Below are positions 27,801-41,624 of a stretch of 64,000 bases of DNA, piece after piece. Each line of letters begins with the position of its first letter. The stretch's first letter is position 1. The notes under the pieces are model-generated. The model saw nothing but the letters and a program-made list of their open reading frames with translations. It ran no database searches and had not been told where the DNA came from. The DNA lies in NCBI GenBank assembly GCA_028826165.1, contig JAPDFW010000014.1, positions 1 through 64,000 of the forward strand, given 5' to 3'. The position numbers were made by a program, and so were the translations under genes. This stretch comes from Anaeramoeba ignava BMAN (lineage: Eukaryota; Protista; Anaeramoebae).

Positions 27801-28593
27801 ATATAGCACTCAAATTGAAATTCTTAAGGAAAGAGTTGATGATATTGAAGAAAATGCTAAAAAAAAGAGGAAAAATGCAAAAACTAAACTTATAATTGAA
27901 AAAACCTTTGAATTGTCAAGAGAATTGAATTTTGAACAACAAGAATCACAAATCAAACAAGTTCATTCAGATTATGATACTTTGTCAAGAATGCTAAATA
28001 GCAAAATTCAAGAAATTATTAATAATAAAAAGAAAATTCAAAACGAACAAGAAAATGAGGAAAATATGAGGAAATTAATTGAAAATTTTGTGGAAAAAAA
28101 CAATGAATATATTTTAAGAATCAAAGAACTTGAAGAAACACTTAAAATCAATCATGAGAAAAATAACGAAAATGAAGAAAAAAATCGATTGTTATCTGAA
28201 TTAAAAGAAAAAGAAAGTAAATATCAAGATTTATTAAAAGAATTGAAGAAATTGCAATTTGAAGGTGAAATTAATAGGCAAGAAAGTATTCGAATTTTAA
28301 ATCAATTAATTAAAACAAGATTGGAAAATGATTCAAAAGAAAAAGATTTAAATGAAAATGCTCAAAATCAAAATTTAAAAGAATTGGTTGAAAAATTAAT
28401 TAATTCTTTTGCTGATTCTTTAATTCATGTTAAAAAATTAGAAAATGAAAAAACTGAAATTGAAAAAGGAATTCTTTCTGATGAAGAAATGATAAAAATT
28501 CAAAAAATGAATACTTATTCAAAAGAAATTGAAGATGATCAATTTAATTTATTATATGAACTTGAAAGATTAAATTTATTAAGTGAAATTTAA
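24810..28593 (+). CDS. Actinin-type tandem calponin-homology protein with long coiled coil (cortexillin/interaptin-like), 6 exons, about 1131 aa
   Basis: Exons 24810-25016, 25080-25201, 25335-25622, 25686-25764, 25829-25990 and 26056-28593 join in frame. QKKTLEKWV..DFQDGIKLINLLEVLSGK, LILGMIWN, LFWCKK..VDNFSTSFYDGFAF, DEKSIFLYI. Confidence 0.88.
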
Positions 28594-28620
28594 AAATTTA
28601 AAATTAAATAAAAAATTTCT

Positions 28621-31600
28621 TTAATTAAATTTTGTATTTGGAAATCTTGTTTGTGGTTTTAAAAAAGTTCCTTTAAAATATTCTGAGAAAATTAATTCAT
28701 GTTTTTGGATTCCATGATAATAATTGATTTTCTTTTCATTTGCTTCTTTTTTAAGTTTTGAAATTTTTTCATTTAATAAAAATAAAGAAGAAATTTCTTT
28801 TGAAAAATTTCTAAGAAATTCAACATGAAGAAGACAAATTGATAATTTATCTTTAATATTCAATAAAGATTCATCAGAAGTTGCTCTATTAAATAAATCA
28901 ATAACTTTTGAAATATTATCGTCTTGAATAATTTGGATTTCGAAGTTAATATAACTAATCCATAAATGAATAAAATGTTCAGAATAATCAAAAGCTCTTT
29001 CAAAAAGTTCTCTAATTTGGTTGATTAAATCACTTTGGGATTGATTTGAACTCATTAAGTTATCCATTAATTGATTTGTTAAAAAACGACAGAGTTCGAT
29101 TGTTATTATTGCGTAAATTTTATTGTTTTTTCTTTTTGTTAGTCTTGAATTAGCATAATATTCAGTTAATTCTGAAAGTGTATTTTCAAGTGAATTTATA
29201 AATATTTCATTTGATTTATTTGATATTCTGTATTCAAAATGAGCTAATTTAATAAATCCTTCAGCAATTGCTTTTTGATTTTTTTGTTTTTTATATTTTG
29301 CTATAAAATCATTATAAATGTTTCTTGATTGTTCATTATTTTTTTGTCTTTCTTCAAATTCTGCAAATGAAAAAACAATTTTTGGTCTATTTGGAATAAA
29401 TATTTGTGTTGCTTTTTGGAATATATTTCTTGCTTCTTGAATTTTATTATTTTCTTCATAAAACAAAGCGAATTTTAACCAAAAAGAAGGATAAAGAGAC
29501 TAAATTTTTTTAAAAATTTTTTTAAATTTTAATTTTAATTTTTAAAATGAAATATTTTTTAAATTGAAATATTTTTTAAATATTAAATTGAAATATTTTT
29601 TTAATATTAAATTGAAATAATTTTTAAATATTAAATGAAATATTTTTTAAATATTAAATTGAAATATTTTTAAATATTAAATGAAATATTTTTTAAATAT
29701 TATATTGAAATATTTTTTAAATTTTAATTTTAAATTTTAAATGAAATATTTTTTAAATTTTAATTTGAAATATTTTTAAATATTAAATTGAAATAATTTT
29801 GAAATATTTAATGAAATATTTTTTAAATATTAAAATGAAATATTTTTAAATTTTAAATTTTAATTTTTAAATTTAAATATTTTTAATTTTTAAATTTTGA
29901 AAATTTTTAATATTAAAATGAAATATTTTTTTAAATATTAAATTTAAATATTTTTAAAATATTAAATTTAAATATTTTTTAAATATTAAATTTAAATATT
30001 TTTTAAATATTAAAATGAAATATTTTTTAAATATTAAATTGAAATATTTTAAATATTAAATTGAAATATTTTTTAAATATTAAATTGAAATATTTTTAAA
30101 TATTAAATTGAAATATTTTTAAATATTAAATTAAAATAATTTTTAAATATTAAATTGAAATATTTTTAAATATTAAATTGAAATAATTTTTAAATATTAA
30201 ATTGAATAATTTTGAAATATTTAAATGAAATAATTTTAATAAATTTTAAAATGAAATATTTTTAAATATTAAAATGAAATAATTTTTAAAATATTTAAAA
30301 TGAAATAATTTTTAAATATTAAAATGAAATATTTTTAAATATTAAATTGAAATATTTTTTAAATATTAAATGAAATATTTTTTAAATATTAAAAATGAAA
30401 TAATTTTTAAATATTAAATTGAAATAATTTTTAAATATTAAATTGAATATTTTTAAATATTAAATGAAATATTTTTTAAATATAAATTGAAATATTTATT
30501 TTTAAATATTAAATTGAAATAATTGAAATATTTTTAAATATTTAATGAAATATTTTTTAAATATTAAAATGAAATAATTTTTAAATTTTTAATTGAAATA
30601 TTTTTTAAATTTTAATTTGAAATATTTTTAAATATTAAAATTGAAATATTTTTAAATATTAAAAATGAAATATTTTTTAAATTTTAAATTGAAATATTTT
30701 TAAATATTAAAATGAAATATTTTTTAAATATTAAATTGAAATATTTTTTAAATATTAAATTGAAATAATTTTTAAATTTTTAATTTGAAATATTTTTTAA
30801 ATATTAAATGAAATATTTTTAAATTTTAAAAAAATAACAATTTTCTTTCATAAATTTTTTATAACAAATTCAAATGATTCTAAATTTGATTTATATTGTT
30901 CTTCTGCATAATTTAAATAAGAATTCCAAATATAAAGTTGTTGATCATCTAATGGATGAATATGAAAATAAGGTCTTAATATTCCTGATTCATAAATTAT
31001 AATTTTGTTAAATTTAACTAATGTTTTTTGAAATTCTTGTTCTTGTTTTTGTAATATTGTTTGTAATTTAAAAAGATTGTTTTGTTCATTTTCTTTTTTT
31101 TCTTCTAAAATTAATAAATAAATTAATAAATTAATTAATAAATAAATTAATAAATAAATTAATAAATAAATTAATAAATAAATTAATAAATAATTTGATA
31201 AATAAATTAATAAATAAATTAATAAATAAATTAATAAATAAATTAATAAATAAATTAATAAATAAATTTATAAATAATTTAATAAATAAATTAATAAATA
31301 AATTAATAAATAAATTAATAAATAAATTTATAAATAATTTAATAAATAAATTAATAAATAAATTAATAAATAATTTAATAAATAATTTAATTAATAAATT
31401 AATAAATAATTTAATAAATAATTTAATAAATAAATTAATAAATAATTTAATAAGTAAATTAATAAATAATTTAATAAATAAATTAATAAATAATTTAATA
31501 AGTAAATTAATAAATAATTTAATAAATAATTTAATAAATAAATTAATAAATAAATTTATAAATAAATTAATAAATAAAAATTAATAATTTTAATAAATAA

Positions 31601-32725
31601 TTTAATAAATAAATTAATAAATAAATTAATAAATAAATTAATAAATAAATTAATAAATAATTTAATAAATAATTTAATAAATAAATTTAATAAATAAATT
31701 AATAAATAATTTAATAAATAATTTAATAAATAATTTAATTAATAAATTAATAAATAATTTAATAAATAATTTAATAAATAAAATTAATAAATAAATAAAA
31801 AATTTTAAAAATTTAATAATTTAATAAATAATTTAATAAATAATTTAATAAATAAATTAATAAATAAATTAATAAATAAATTAATAAATAAATTAATAAA
31901 TAATTTAATAAATAATTTAATAAATAATTTAATAAATAAATAATAAAATTAATTAATAAATAAATTAATAAATAATTTAATAAATAATTTAATAAATAAT
32001 TTAATAAATAATTTAATAAATAATTTAATAAATAAATAAATAAATTAATAAATAAATTAATAAATAATTTAATAAATAATTTAATAAATAATTTAATAAA
32101 TAATTTAATAAATAATTTAATAAATAAATTAATAAATAAATTAATAAATAAATTAATAAATAAATTAATAAATAAATAAATAAATAAATTAATAAAAATA
32201 AATAAATAAATAAATAAATTAATAAATAAATTAATAAATAAATAAATTTAATAAATAATTTAATAAATAATTTAATAAATAAATTTAATAATAATTTAAT
32301 AAATAATTTAATAAATAATTTAATAAATAATTTAATAAATAATTTAATAATAAATTAATAAATAATTTAATAAATAATTTAATAAATAATTTAATAAATA
32401 AATTAATAAATAAATTAATAAATAAATTAATAAATAAATTAATAAATAATTTAATAAAAAAAATTAATAAATAATTAAATAATTTTAATAAATTAAATTA
32501 ATAAATAATAAATAAATTAATAAATAATTTAATAAATAAATTAATAAATAATTTAATAAATGTTTTTGAAAATAATAAATAAAATTATAATAAATAAATT
32601 AATAAATAATAAAAAATATAAAATAAATCAATAAAAATCAATAAATAAATTTTCAATCAAATAAAAAAATAAAAACAATAAATAAATAAATAAATAAATA
32701 AAATAAAACAAATAAATAAATAAAA

Positions 32726-32776
<51 letters not shown>

Positions 32777-32803
32777 AATTAAATAAATAATTAAATAAAC
32801 AAA

Positions 32804-32866
<63 letters not shown>

Positions 32867-32892
32867 AAATTTTAAATAAATAAATTTTAAAA

Positions 32893-32951
<59 letters not shown>

Positions 32952-34368
32952 TAATAAATAAATTTTAATAAATAATTTAATTTTAAATAATTTTAATAAA
33001 TAATTTAATAAATAATTTAATAAATAATTTAATAAATAAATTAATAAATAAAATTAATAAATAAATTAATAAATAAATAATTTAAATTTCCATTTCTAAT
33101 CAATCTTCTAAATTAAAAACAACATTAAAATTGTTTTTGGAAATATAATTTTTCAATCTAAAAAATATATCTATATCTTTTTGTTTCAAATATAAAATAT
33201 AAAATATAAAATATAAAATATCAATAAAAACCATTTTCATTTTTGAGGATAAATTTTCAGGTTCTAATTCAGATAAAGGTCTTGTTTGAGCGTAATGTCT
33301 TTTATAACTAAATTAATTTTTAAATTAAAATTTAAATTTATTACAAAAAGAAACAATTTAAAATTAAAGAGAAAAAAAACTATTACTTTTGCCAATAAAT
33401 TTCAATTTGTTGAATTGGAATTTGAATAACTTTTTGATAAATTTTTGTAACATTTTCTGGTTTATTTTGTGAAAATTCCCATTCAATATAATCATTCCAA
33501 AGATTTGTAGAAAAAAAATCAGTTCCAACAGCTTCAATAGCTCTTTCAAATAAACTTAATTTTAATTTTAATTTTAATTTTAATTTTAATTTTATTTTTA
33601 ATTTTGATTTTGATTTTCATTTTAATTTTAATTTTAATCTTAATTTTATAAATGAATTTTAATTTTATAAATGAATTTTAATTTTAATTTTAATTTTAAT
33701 TTTAATTATAATTTTAATTTTAATTTTAATTTTAATTTTAATTATAATTTTATAAATGAATTTTAATTTTAATTTTAATTTTAATTTTAATTTTAATTTT
33801 AATTTTAATTTTAATTTTAATTTTAATTTTAATTTTAATTTTAATTTTAATTTTTAATTTTAATTTTAATTATAATTTTAATTATAATTTTAATTTTAAT
33901 TTTAATTTTATAAATGAATTTTAATTATAATTTTATAAATGAATTTTTATTTAAATTTCAATTAAAAAAAATACTTTCTTGTAAAATCAGGAGGTTTATT
34001 TTCAATTGAATAACGACAATAAAAAATCCAAATATCAACACAATAATAAGCAACTTTAACAGCTCTTTCATAAATTTGTTCTTGATTTTCTAAATCTAAA
34101 AGAGAATATTTATTCCAATAACCAAAAGCAAATGGATAAATTGATAAAAATAAATCAAAACTCTTTCTAATTTGATTTATTTTTCTTCCATTTTCTGCAA
34201 CTGTTAATATTTTAATCCAAGTTGAAAAATCTTCTCTATTTTTTTCAAGAAATTGAATATATTTATCAAATTCATTCTAAAGATAATTTTAATAAAAGAA
34301 AAATTTAATATTTTTTATTTATTATTTTTTATTTATTTTTTATTTTTTACATCTTCTAAAGTTGTCAT
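28621..34368 (-). CDS. PRP39: Pre-mRNA processing factor 39 (U1 snRNP HAT-repeat protein); two internal junctions unresolved
   Basis: Exons 34368-34351, 34276-33975, 33554-33387, 33307-~33232, 31104-~30840 and 29499-28621. DFSTWIKIL, FLSIYPFAFGYWNKY, IYERAV..VDIW, LFERAIEAVGTDF, YESGILRPYFHIHPLD..W..YL, LYPSFW. Confidence 0.85.
29510..30830. repeat. About 24-bp minisatellite (AAATATTAAATTGAAATATTTTT)n in a PRP39 intron
   Basis: Seen directly. Confidence 0.9.
31107..33080. repeat. 12-bp (AATAAATAAWTT)n plus (AAAT)n satellite in a PRP39 intron
   Basis: Seen directly; source of the spurious INKL ORF. Confidence 0.92.
33557..33950. repeat. (TTTTAA)n microsatellite in PRP39 intron 2
   Basis: Seen directly. 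Confidence 0.9.
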
Positions 34369-34640
34369 TTTTAATTTTTTTATATTTATTTTTCTTTTTA
34401 TTTGAAAAAAATGAAAAATGAAAAATGAAAAAATGAAAAAAAAAATAATTTTTAGAATTTAAAAAAAAAAAGTGGAATAAAATTTCAAATTAAAAAAATA
34501 AATGAGAAAGTGATTTGTTTTTGGATTGGATTTATTTTTTTTGAAAGGAAAAAAATTCATCAAAAAGAAATAATTTTCTTTCTCATTTCTTCTTCTTAAT
34601 GAATTATTGTTGTTTGAAAAAAAATTTGATTGAAAAAAAT

Positions 34641-36711
34641 TCAAAAGAATTGTAGAATCATCATCATTAATCCAATTATCAAAATTGAGAAAAGAATTTC
34701 TGAACTTGATGATGGTGGTGGATTTGGTGGATTTGGAACTGAAAATTGTATAAATGGAACTGGATAATTATTATATCCTGAAGCATATTCATATCTTGAT
34801 GTCGAATCATATACTCCAATAAATCCATTCAAATATAGACCAATTGATGTGTTTGAAAGTAGTTGATTTGAAATTGTTTCAATTTGGATTATTCTTGTTT
34901 CATATTCTCCAGTTTCATTATTCAAAAAATCACTCACAAAAAATCCATAAGTTTGACTTGATTCAATAAATGAACCAACGAAATTATTAACTCCTTCAAT
35001 TTCAAGACAATAAAAAAGTTCCGTATTAGTTAATCCAAGTCTACAAATTTCAGAATATGTTGCATCAGTCCCAAAATAAATGTATTGATGATTTGAATCA
35101 AGGAATATTACGGAAACATTATAATTTGATAAATAAGTTGAATCAATAACTTCACTTAAATTTGATAAAGCAACTTGATTTATGAAATAACCTGAAACCT
35201 TCAACAATTCATAAAGAAATCCTTTTGAAGAATAAACTATCAAATAATCAATTTCATTGTTATCCAAAATAACAGTATCAACAATTTCAAAATTAGGTGA
35301 GTTGATTTTACTGAGTGTGGAAACATTAGAAGTATGATTATCAAATCCAACATAAACGAAATGGTTTTGATTATCAAATGCACTTACTATAAATGAACAA
35401 TTAGAATCAAGTATTATAACTCCATCAACTGAAAAATTTGATAATCTGAGTTTGATAGCTCCTAATCCAGAAGAAGATAAGAAGAAATAAGCAAATCCAT
35501 TTGTTGAATCAATTTCTCCTCCAGTAAATGAATCACTAACTCCAGTATTCAAAAAATCAACAAGTTGAAATGAATCAAGATCAACTTTAGCAATTGTTCC
35601 AACACCATTACTAAATGCAACATAACCAATATTATTTGGTTCATCAACCAAAATTACTGATGGATATCGACAATTTGGAACTATTATTTGATCAGTTTGA
35701 TTTAATACTGTTAAATCAACTTCAGAAACTCCTATCTCTGATAATCCAATAAATGCTTTTTGAATGTTTAAATCAACAGACATTGAATTAGGTGTGAAAG
35801 TAAAACTTAATGAATCAATTCCGGTGAAATCAGTTAAATTGATTTTGACAAGAAGTTTTGATCGAGATACGAAATAAGCTAATTCATTATCAATATCAAT
35901 TCCTGTTCCTAAGCAATATGAACATGAAGTTGCAATTGAATCTACTTTTGTGAAATCTGTTAAATTCACCCTTCACAATCATCATTGGAGCTGAGTTAGT
36001 TCCCAAATACATAAATCCTGTTGAAGAATCAATCACTGCACAAAATGGTTGTGCTTCTGATGAATCCAAAGCAAGAGATCCAACTTCAGTAAAATTTGAT
36101 AAATCAATTTTGGAAATCACTGGAGTTCCTCCTACTGGTGTGCAACAATCTGTGAAAACATAAAAAAATCCATTTGGAATATCAATAGCAGAACCCCAAA
36201 AATTTTGATTTGAAGTATTAAGTGTTAAATTTGCTTCTTCAGTAAACGTTGTTAAATCAATTTTGACAACACCAACGATTATATTAACAGCAAAATAAGC
36301 TTTTTGATTTACAACATCAATTTGGCCAGTCCAAACACCATCACCATTTGTTGATAAAGTGAGAATATCAACAACTGTGAATGTTTTTAAATCCACTTTC
36401 GCAATTTTATTAGGATTAGTATATGCTCCAAAATAAGCAAATTTATTAACAGTATCAATCACTCCACATTGAATATTATGAATTTCCAAATCAAGAACAT
36501 TAACAGGTTGAAGAGTATTTATATTAAACTTATAAAGAGTCTTATAATCATAATCAGCAAAGTAAACAAATCCTTCATCAACATCGATTAGAGAAACATA
36601 AGGACTAGATATTCCAAGTGGGAAATTGAATGAATTTGATGGAGTAATTTGAGGTTTAACAATCAAAATGAGAAAAATTAATGAAGAAAAAAAAAGCAGA
36701 AAAGTATTCAT
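34641..36711 (-). CDS. Secreted/membrane-anchored repeat protein (predicted beta-propeller), about 690 aa, split by a 1-nt insertion near 35970
   Basis: Signal peptide MNTFLLFFSSLIFLILIVKP. About 43-46 aa repeats such as GVIDTVNKFAYFG..NKIAKVDLKTFT. Pro/Ser linker then a hydrophobic C-terminus. ATT GTG AAG G GTG AAT TTA: removing one G joins the two ORFs as IVKVNLTDFT. Confidence 0.75.
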
Positions 36712-37743
36712 TTGTTTGTTTTTTTTGTTTGTTCCTATTTTCAAACAATAATAAATAAAAAGAAAAGAAAAACAAAACAAACAAATTAATTAAATAATTA
36801 AATAATAAAAAAAAAAGTTTTTTAAGTGTGTTTTTTTTTTGTGGATTTAGATCCAAAATTATTACTTTAAAAAGCAAAACAAAAGTAAATGGAAAATTTA
36901 AAAAAGAAAGAAATGAATTTAGAAAAAAAAAGAATTAAAAATTTATCCAAAATCAAGATGAGGTTGGAATTTCAGGAAAAAATTTTTTTCTTTTTCTTTT
37001 TCTTTTTAAATTTAAATTAAAAATTATTTTGAGAAAATTGGTTTTCAAAAGGAAATTTATTTTTTTTTATTAAGTACATTTAATACTTTAATTTATTTTT
37101 ATTTTCTTTTTTTGATCATTTTGATGATTTCAGTTTATTTTCTTTTAAATTATAAAGAACTTCTTTTCTTTTCTTTTTCTTTTTTTACTAAAAAGATATT
37201 TATTGAAAATTCTAACTATTTTAAAGGAAAAGTTGTTAAAAAATTGATAATTGAGTATTTTTTATTTATTTTTTTTTTGATCAAAAAAGTATAACAAAAT
37301 TAATTAAACTGAGTACAGAAAACAACTTAATTATTAACAAAAGTTTTGAAAAATAAATTTGTCTCATTTTTCTCTTTTTTCTTTTGTTTTTGAATTGATT
37401 TTGATAATTTGAATTAATAATTTCTTTTCTTATTTAATTTTCCAATTAAATTCAAATTTTTCTTCTTTATTATTTTTCTTCTTTAACAAAATATTTTTTT
37501 TGAGTTTTTTTTCCAATAAATGAATTAAGAAAATAGATTAATCTTTCTATGAAATTTTGAAAATAAATTTTCTTTAAAGATTTTCTTCAATTTTTTATCC
37601 GATTTTAATTTTGATTTTAATTTTTTATTTTTGAAAAGAAAAAGTAATTCTTGATTTTTGTTTTTAAAAAAATTGAAAAAAAAAAAACTTTGAGAAAATT
37701 CAATCATTTTCTTTTAAAAAAAAAAATCAATGAATGAATTTAA

Positions 37744-39893
37744 TTAATCAATATTCATTTGATTATCATTATTTAAATCCATATCATCCAAATCATCTTG
37801 AGGTTGAACTCTTTCTAAAAACTTTTCCAATTTATCTTTTTCTAAAAATTTAAAAGGAGTATCAACTCCAACAATTCCAACTGAACAATTATCTTTAGTT
37901 AAAACTTCTTTACTTGATGATTCTTTAATTGCTGTTAATCCATGAAAAATTAAATCATCTAAACTTAATTTTTTAAAATTTTCAAAATTCTTTTCTAAAT
38001 AAGTTTTTGCACTTTGTGCTCGTGACCCTATTGCTTGTGCATAATAATTAAAATAATTTCCTGATGGACTTGTTTCAAATAAATGAACTCCTGATTTCTT
38101 TTTTTAATTTTAATTTTAAATTTAAATTTAATTTTAATTTTAATTTTAATTTTAATTTTATAAATGAATTTTAATTTTAATTTTATAAATGAATTTTAAT
38201 TTTAATTTTAATTTAAATTTTAATTTTAATTTTAATTTAAATTTTAATTTTAATTTTAATTTTAATTTTAATTTTAATTTTGATTTTAATTTTAATTTTA
38301 ATTTTAATTTTAATTTTAATTTTAATTTTAATTTTAATTTTAATTTTAATTTTAATTTTAATTTTAATTTTAATTTTAATTTTAATTTTAATTTTAATTT
38401 TAATTTTTAATTTTAATTTTAATTTTAATTTTAATTTTAATTTTAATTTTAATTTTATTAATTTTAATTTTATAAATGAATTTTAATTTTATAAATGAAT
38501 TTTAATTTTATAAATGAATTTTAATTTTATAAATGAATTTTAATTTTATAAATGAATTTTAATTTTGATTTTAAATTTAATTTTAATTTTAATTTTATAA
38601 ATGAATTTTTAAAAGAAATAAATTGAATGAAATGCTCTCTGTTTAAAAATAAATATAATATAATATACATCATGACCAATAACTAATAAACCAACACCAT
38701 AAGGTCTTTTTCCATATCTTTGAGTATGAATTTGAGATTCTTAATTAATTAATAAATTAATAAATTGAATTTAAATTTAAAAAATTTGAGATAAAATTTA
38801 AATTATAATAAAATATACTATCAGCAATTTGAGAAACTAATTTTTCAACACTCATTGGTGATTCAAAAACATATTTATGATTTAAAGTTTCATTCTGCAT
38901 ATATTTCAATAAAACTCTTGCATCAGCAGTAAGTCCTGCAATTGCTATTCCAATATTTTCATCAACTTTAAAAATTTTCTAAAAGAGAAAAAATATTTTT
39001 TAATTTTAATTTTAATTTTAATTTTAATTTTAATTTTTAATTTTAATTTTAATTTTAATTTTAATTTTAATTTTAATTTTTAATTTTAATTTTTAATTTT
39101 AATTTTAATTTTAATTTTAATTTTAATTTTAATTTTAATTTTAATTTTAATTTTAATTTTAATTTTAATTTTAATTTTAATTTTAATTTTAATTTTAATT
39201 TTAATTTTAATTTTAATTTTAATTTTAATTTTTAATTTTAATTTTAATTTTTAATTTTTAATTTTAATTTTAATTTTTAATTTTAATTTTAATTTTAATT
39301 TTAATTTTAATTTTAATTTTAATTTTAATTTTAATTTTAATTTTTAATTTTAATTTTAATTTTAATTTTAATTTTAATTTTAATTTTAATTTTAATTTTA
39401 ATTTTAATTTTAATTTTAATTTTAATTTTAATTTTAATTTTAATTTTAATTTTAATTTTAATTTTAATTTTAATTTTAATTTTAATTTTAATTTTTAATT
39501 TTAATTTTAATTTTAATTTGAATTTTAATTTTGATTTTAATTTTAATTTTAATTTTAATTTTAATTTTAATTTTAATTTTAATTTTAAATTTAATTTTAA
39601 TTTTAATTTTAATTTTAATTAAATAATAAAAATAATTGAATATAAATTAAATAAATGAATTAAATTTAAAATATATATTATAAATAAAATTATAAATAAA
39701 TTAATAATACTTGTTGATAAGAACTAAGATCTGAACTAGATCTAAGAAGAGTAACAACAATAGCATGAGTTTCACTTTTTAAACCAATTGCAGTACTTCC
39801 TTGTTTAACAGCTTCCATTGCATATTCTATTTGATGTAATCTTCCTTGTGGAGAAAATGTTGTTACATCTGAATCATATTGTGTTCGAAACAT
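37744..39893 (-). CDS. PSMA1: 20S proteasome subunit alpha type-1 (alpha6), 4 exons, 255 aa
   Basis: Exons 39893-39711, 38978-38819, 38739-38669 and 38097-37744. [62 protein letters not shown]. Confidence 0.96.
38101..38610. repeat. (TTTTAA)n with TATAAATGAA interruptions, PSMA1 intron 3
   Basis: Seen directly. Confidence 0.9.
39000..39620. repeat. (TTTTAA)n, PSMA1 intron 1
   Basis: Seen directly. Confidence 0.92.
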
Positions 39894-40089
39894 TTTTTAA
39901 AAATGAAAAAAAAAATGAAGAAAAAAAATGAAAAAATTTTTTTGTTTTTTTTTTTAAATTTGGAACTGAATAAAATTTTTATTTAAATTTTAATTTAAAA
40001 AGGAATTAATTTTAAATTTAATTTTAATTGTAAATTTTGCTTTTAATTTTAATTTTAATAAAAAAAATTCTTTTTAAAAATTTATCCGA

Positions 40090-40490
40090 TTTTTAATTTT
40101 AATTTTAATTTTAATTTTTAATTTTGATTTTAATTTTGATTTTAATTTGAATTTTGATTTTAATTTTTTATTTTATTTTTAATTTTATTTTTATTTTTAA
40201 TTTTAATTTAAATTTTAATTTTAATTTTAATTTTAATTTTATTTTTAATTTTATTTTTAATTTTAATTTTAATTTTAATTTTAATTTTAATTTTAATTTT
40301 AATTTTAATTTTAATTTTAATTTTAATTTTTTTAATTTTAATTTTAATTTTAATTTTAATTTTAATTTTAATTTTAATTTTAATTTTAATTTTAATTTTA
40401 ATTTTAATTTTATTTTGAAAATTTAATTTTAATTTAGAATTTTAATTTTAATTTTAATTTTAATTTTAATTTTAATTTTAATTTTAATTT
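40090..40490. repeat. (TTTTAA)n intergenic microsatellite
   Basis: Seen directly. Confidence 0.9.
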
Positions 40491-40502
40491 TGGAATTGAA
40501 AT

Positions 40503-41574
40503 TTATTTAATAAATGGAATATAAGTTGGTGTTTTTGAACGATATTTTCTGTATTCATCTCCAAAAAATTTAATTAAATTTAATTCTTCATCTTGAATTC
40601 TTTCATTGAAAAATTTCCATAAAATTATTGCAAAAGCAATTGGAGAAAGAATATTGCATAAAAATATTTGAGTTCCACAAGCCCAAATTAAAAATCCAAG
40701 ATAACCAGGATGTCTTATATATCTAATAAATAATAAAAAATTAAAATCGGATAAAAAATTAAAATTAAAATTAAAATTAAAAATTAAAATTAAAAATTAA
40801 AATTAAAATAAATTAAAATTAAAATTAAAATTAAAATTAAAATTAAAAATTAAAATTAAAATTAAAATTAAATTAAAATTAAAATTAAAATTTAAAATTA
40901 TAATTAAAATTAAAATTAAAATTAAAATTAAAATTAAAATTAAAATTAAAATTAAAATTAAAATTAATATTTAATATTAAAATTAATATTAAAATTAAAA
41001 TTAAAATTAAAATTAATATTAAAATTAATATTAAAATTTAAAATTAAAATTAAAATTAAAATTAAAATTAAAATTAAAATTAAAATTAATATTAAAATTA
41101 AAATTAAAAATAAAATTAATATTAATATTAATATTAAAATTAACTTATAAATTCCAAAATCAACTAATCTATGATTAAATCTCTTTTCTTCTTGAACTTC
41201 ATGAGTGAAATTATGTTGAGCAGTTATCATTGAAACTTTTCTAATAAGTTCACCAATAATAATTAATAATAATCCCAAAATTTGCATAAAACTATTTTGT
41301 TTAAAAGAAGAAATAAAAAAGGAAGATAAAATATATTCAGTTAATCCACCTAAAACTGAATAAGTATAATCCCAAGTTATCAAAGTTGCTAAAAATTTAA
41401 TTTTTAATTTTCAAAAAAATTAATCAAGTTTTTGTTTTTAAATTTTGCTTTTTTTTTTTTACATTCCCAACTTAAATGAGATGGATTATAAATATATGTT
41501 AATAAAACTTCTGATAAATGGAAAAAAAGATAAATTGTTATTAAAATTAAAAATGTTGCAAAAATCCCAAACAT
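40503..41574 (-). CDS. ICMT: Protein-S-isoprenylcysteine O-methyltransferase, 3 exons, 191 aa
   Basis: Exons 41574-41463, 41388-41145 and 40722-40503. FFHLSE, GELIRKVSMITAQHNFTH, HRLVDFGIYKYIRHPGYLGF.IW..GTQ, RIQDEE..LIKFFG.EY..Y..KTPT.IPFI. Confidence 0.95.
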
Positions 41575-41624
41575 TTTAATAAAATAAAAAAATGAAAAAA
41601 AATGAAAAAAAGGAAAAAAAAAGA

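Noticed and set aside
24103-34368. Functional cluster of splicing genes (BUD31, PRP39)
   Set aside because: Only two genes, separated by an unrelated gene; chance is sufficient.
38101-41140. (TTTTAA)n as interstitial telomeric repeat
   Set aside because: There is no G-rich strand, and it occurs in many introns as an ordinary microsatellite.
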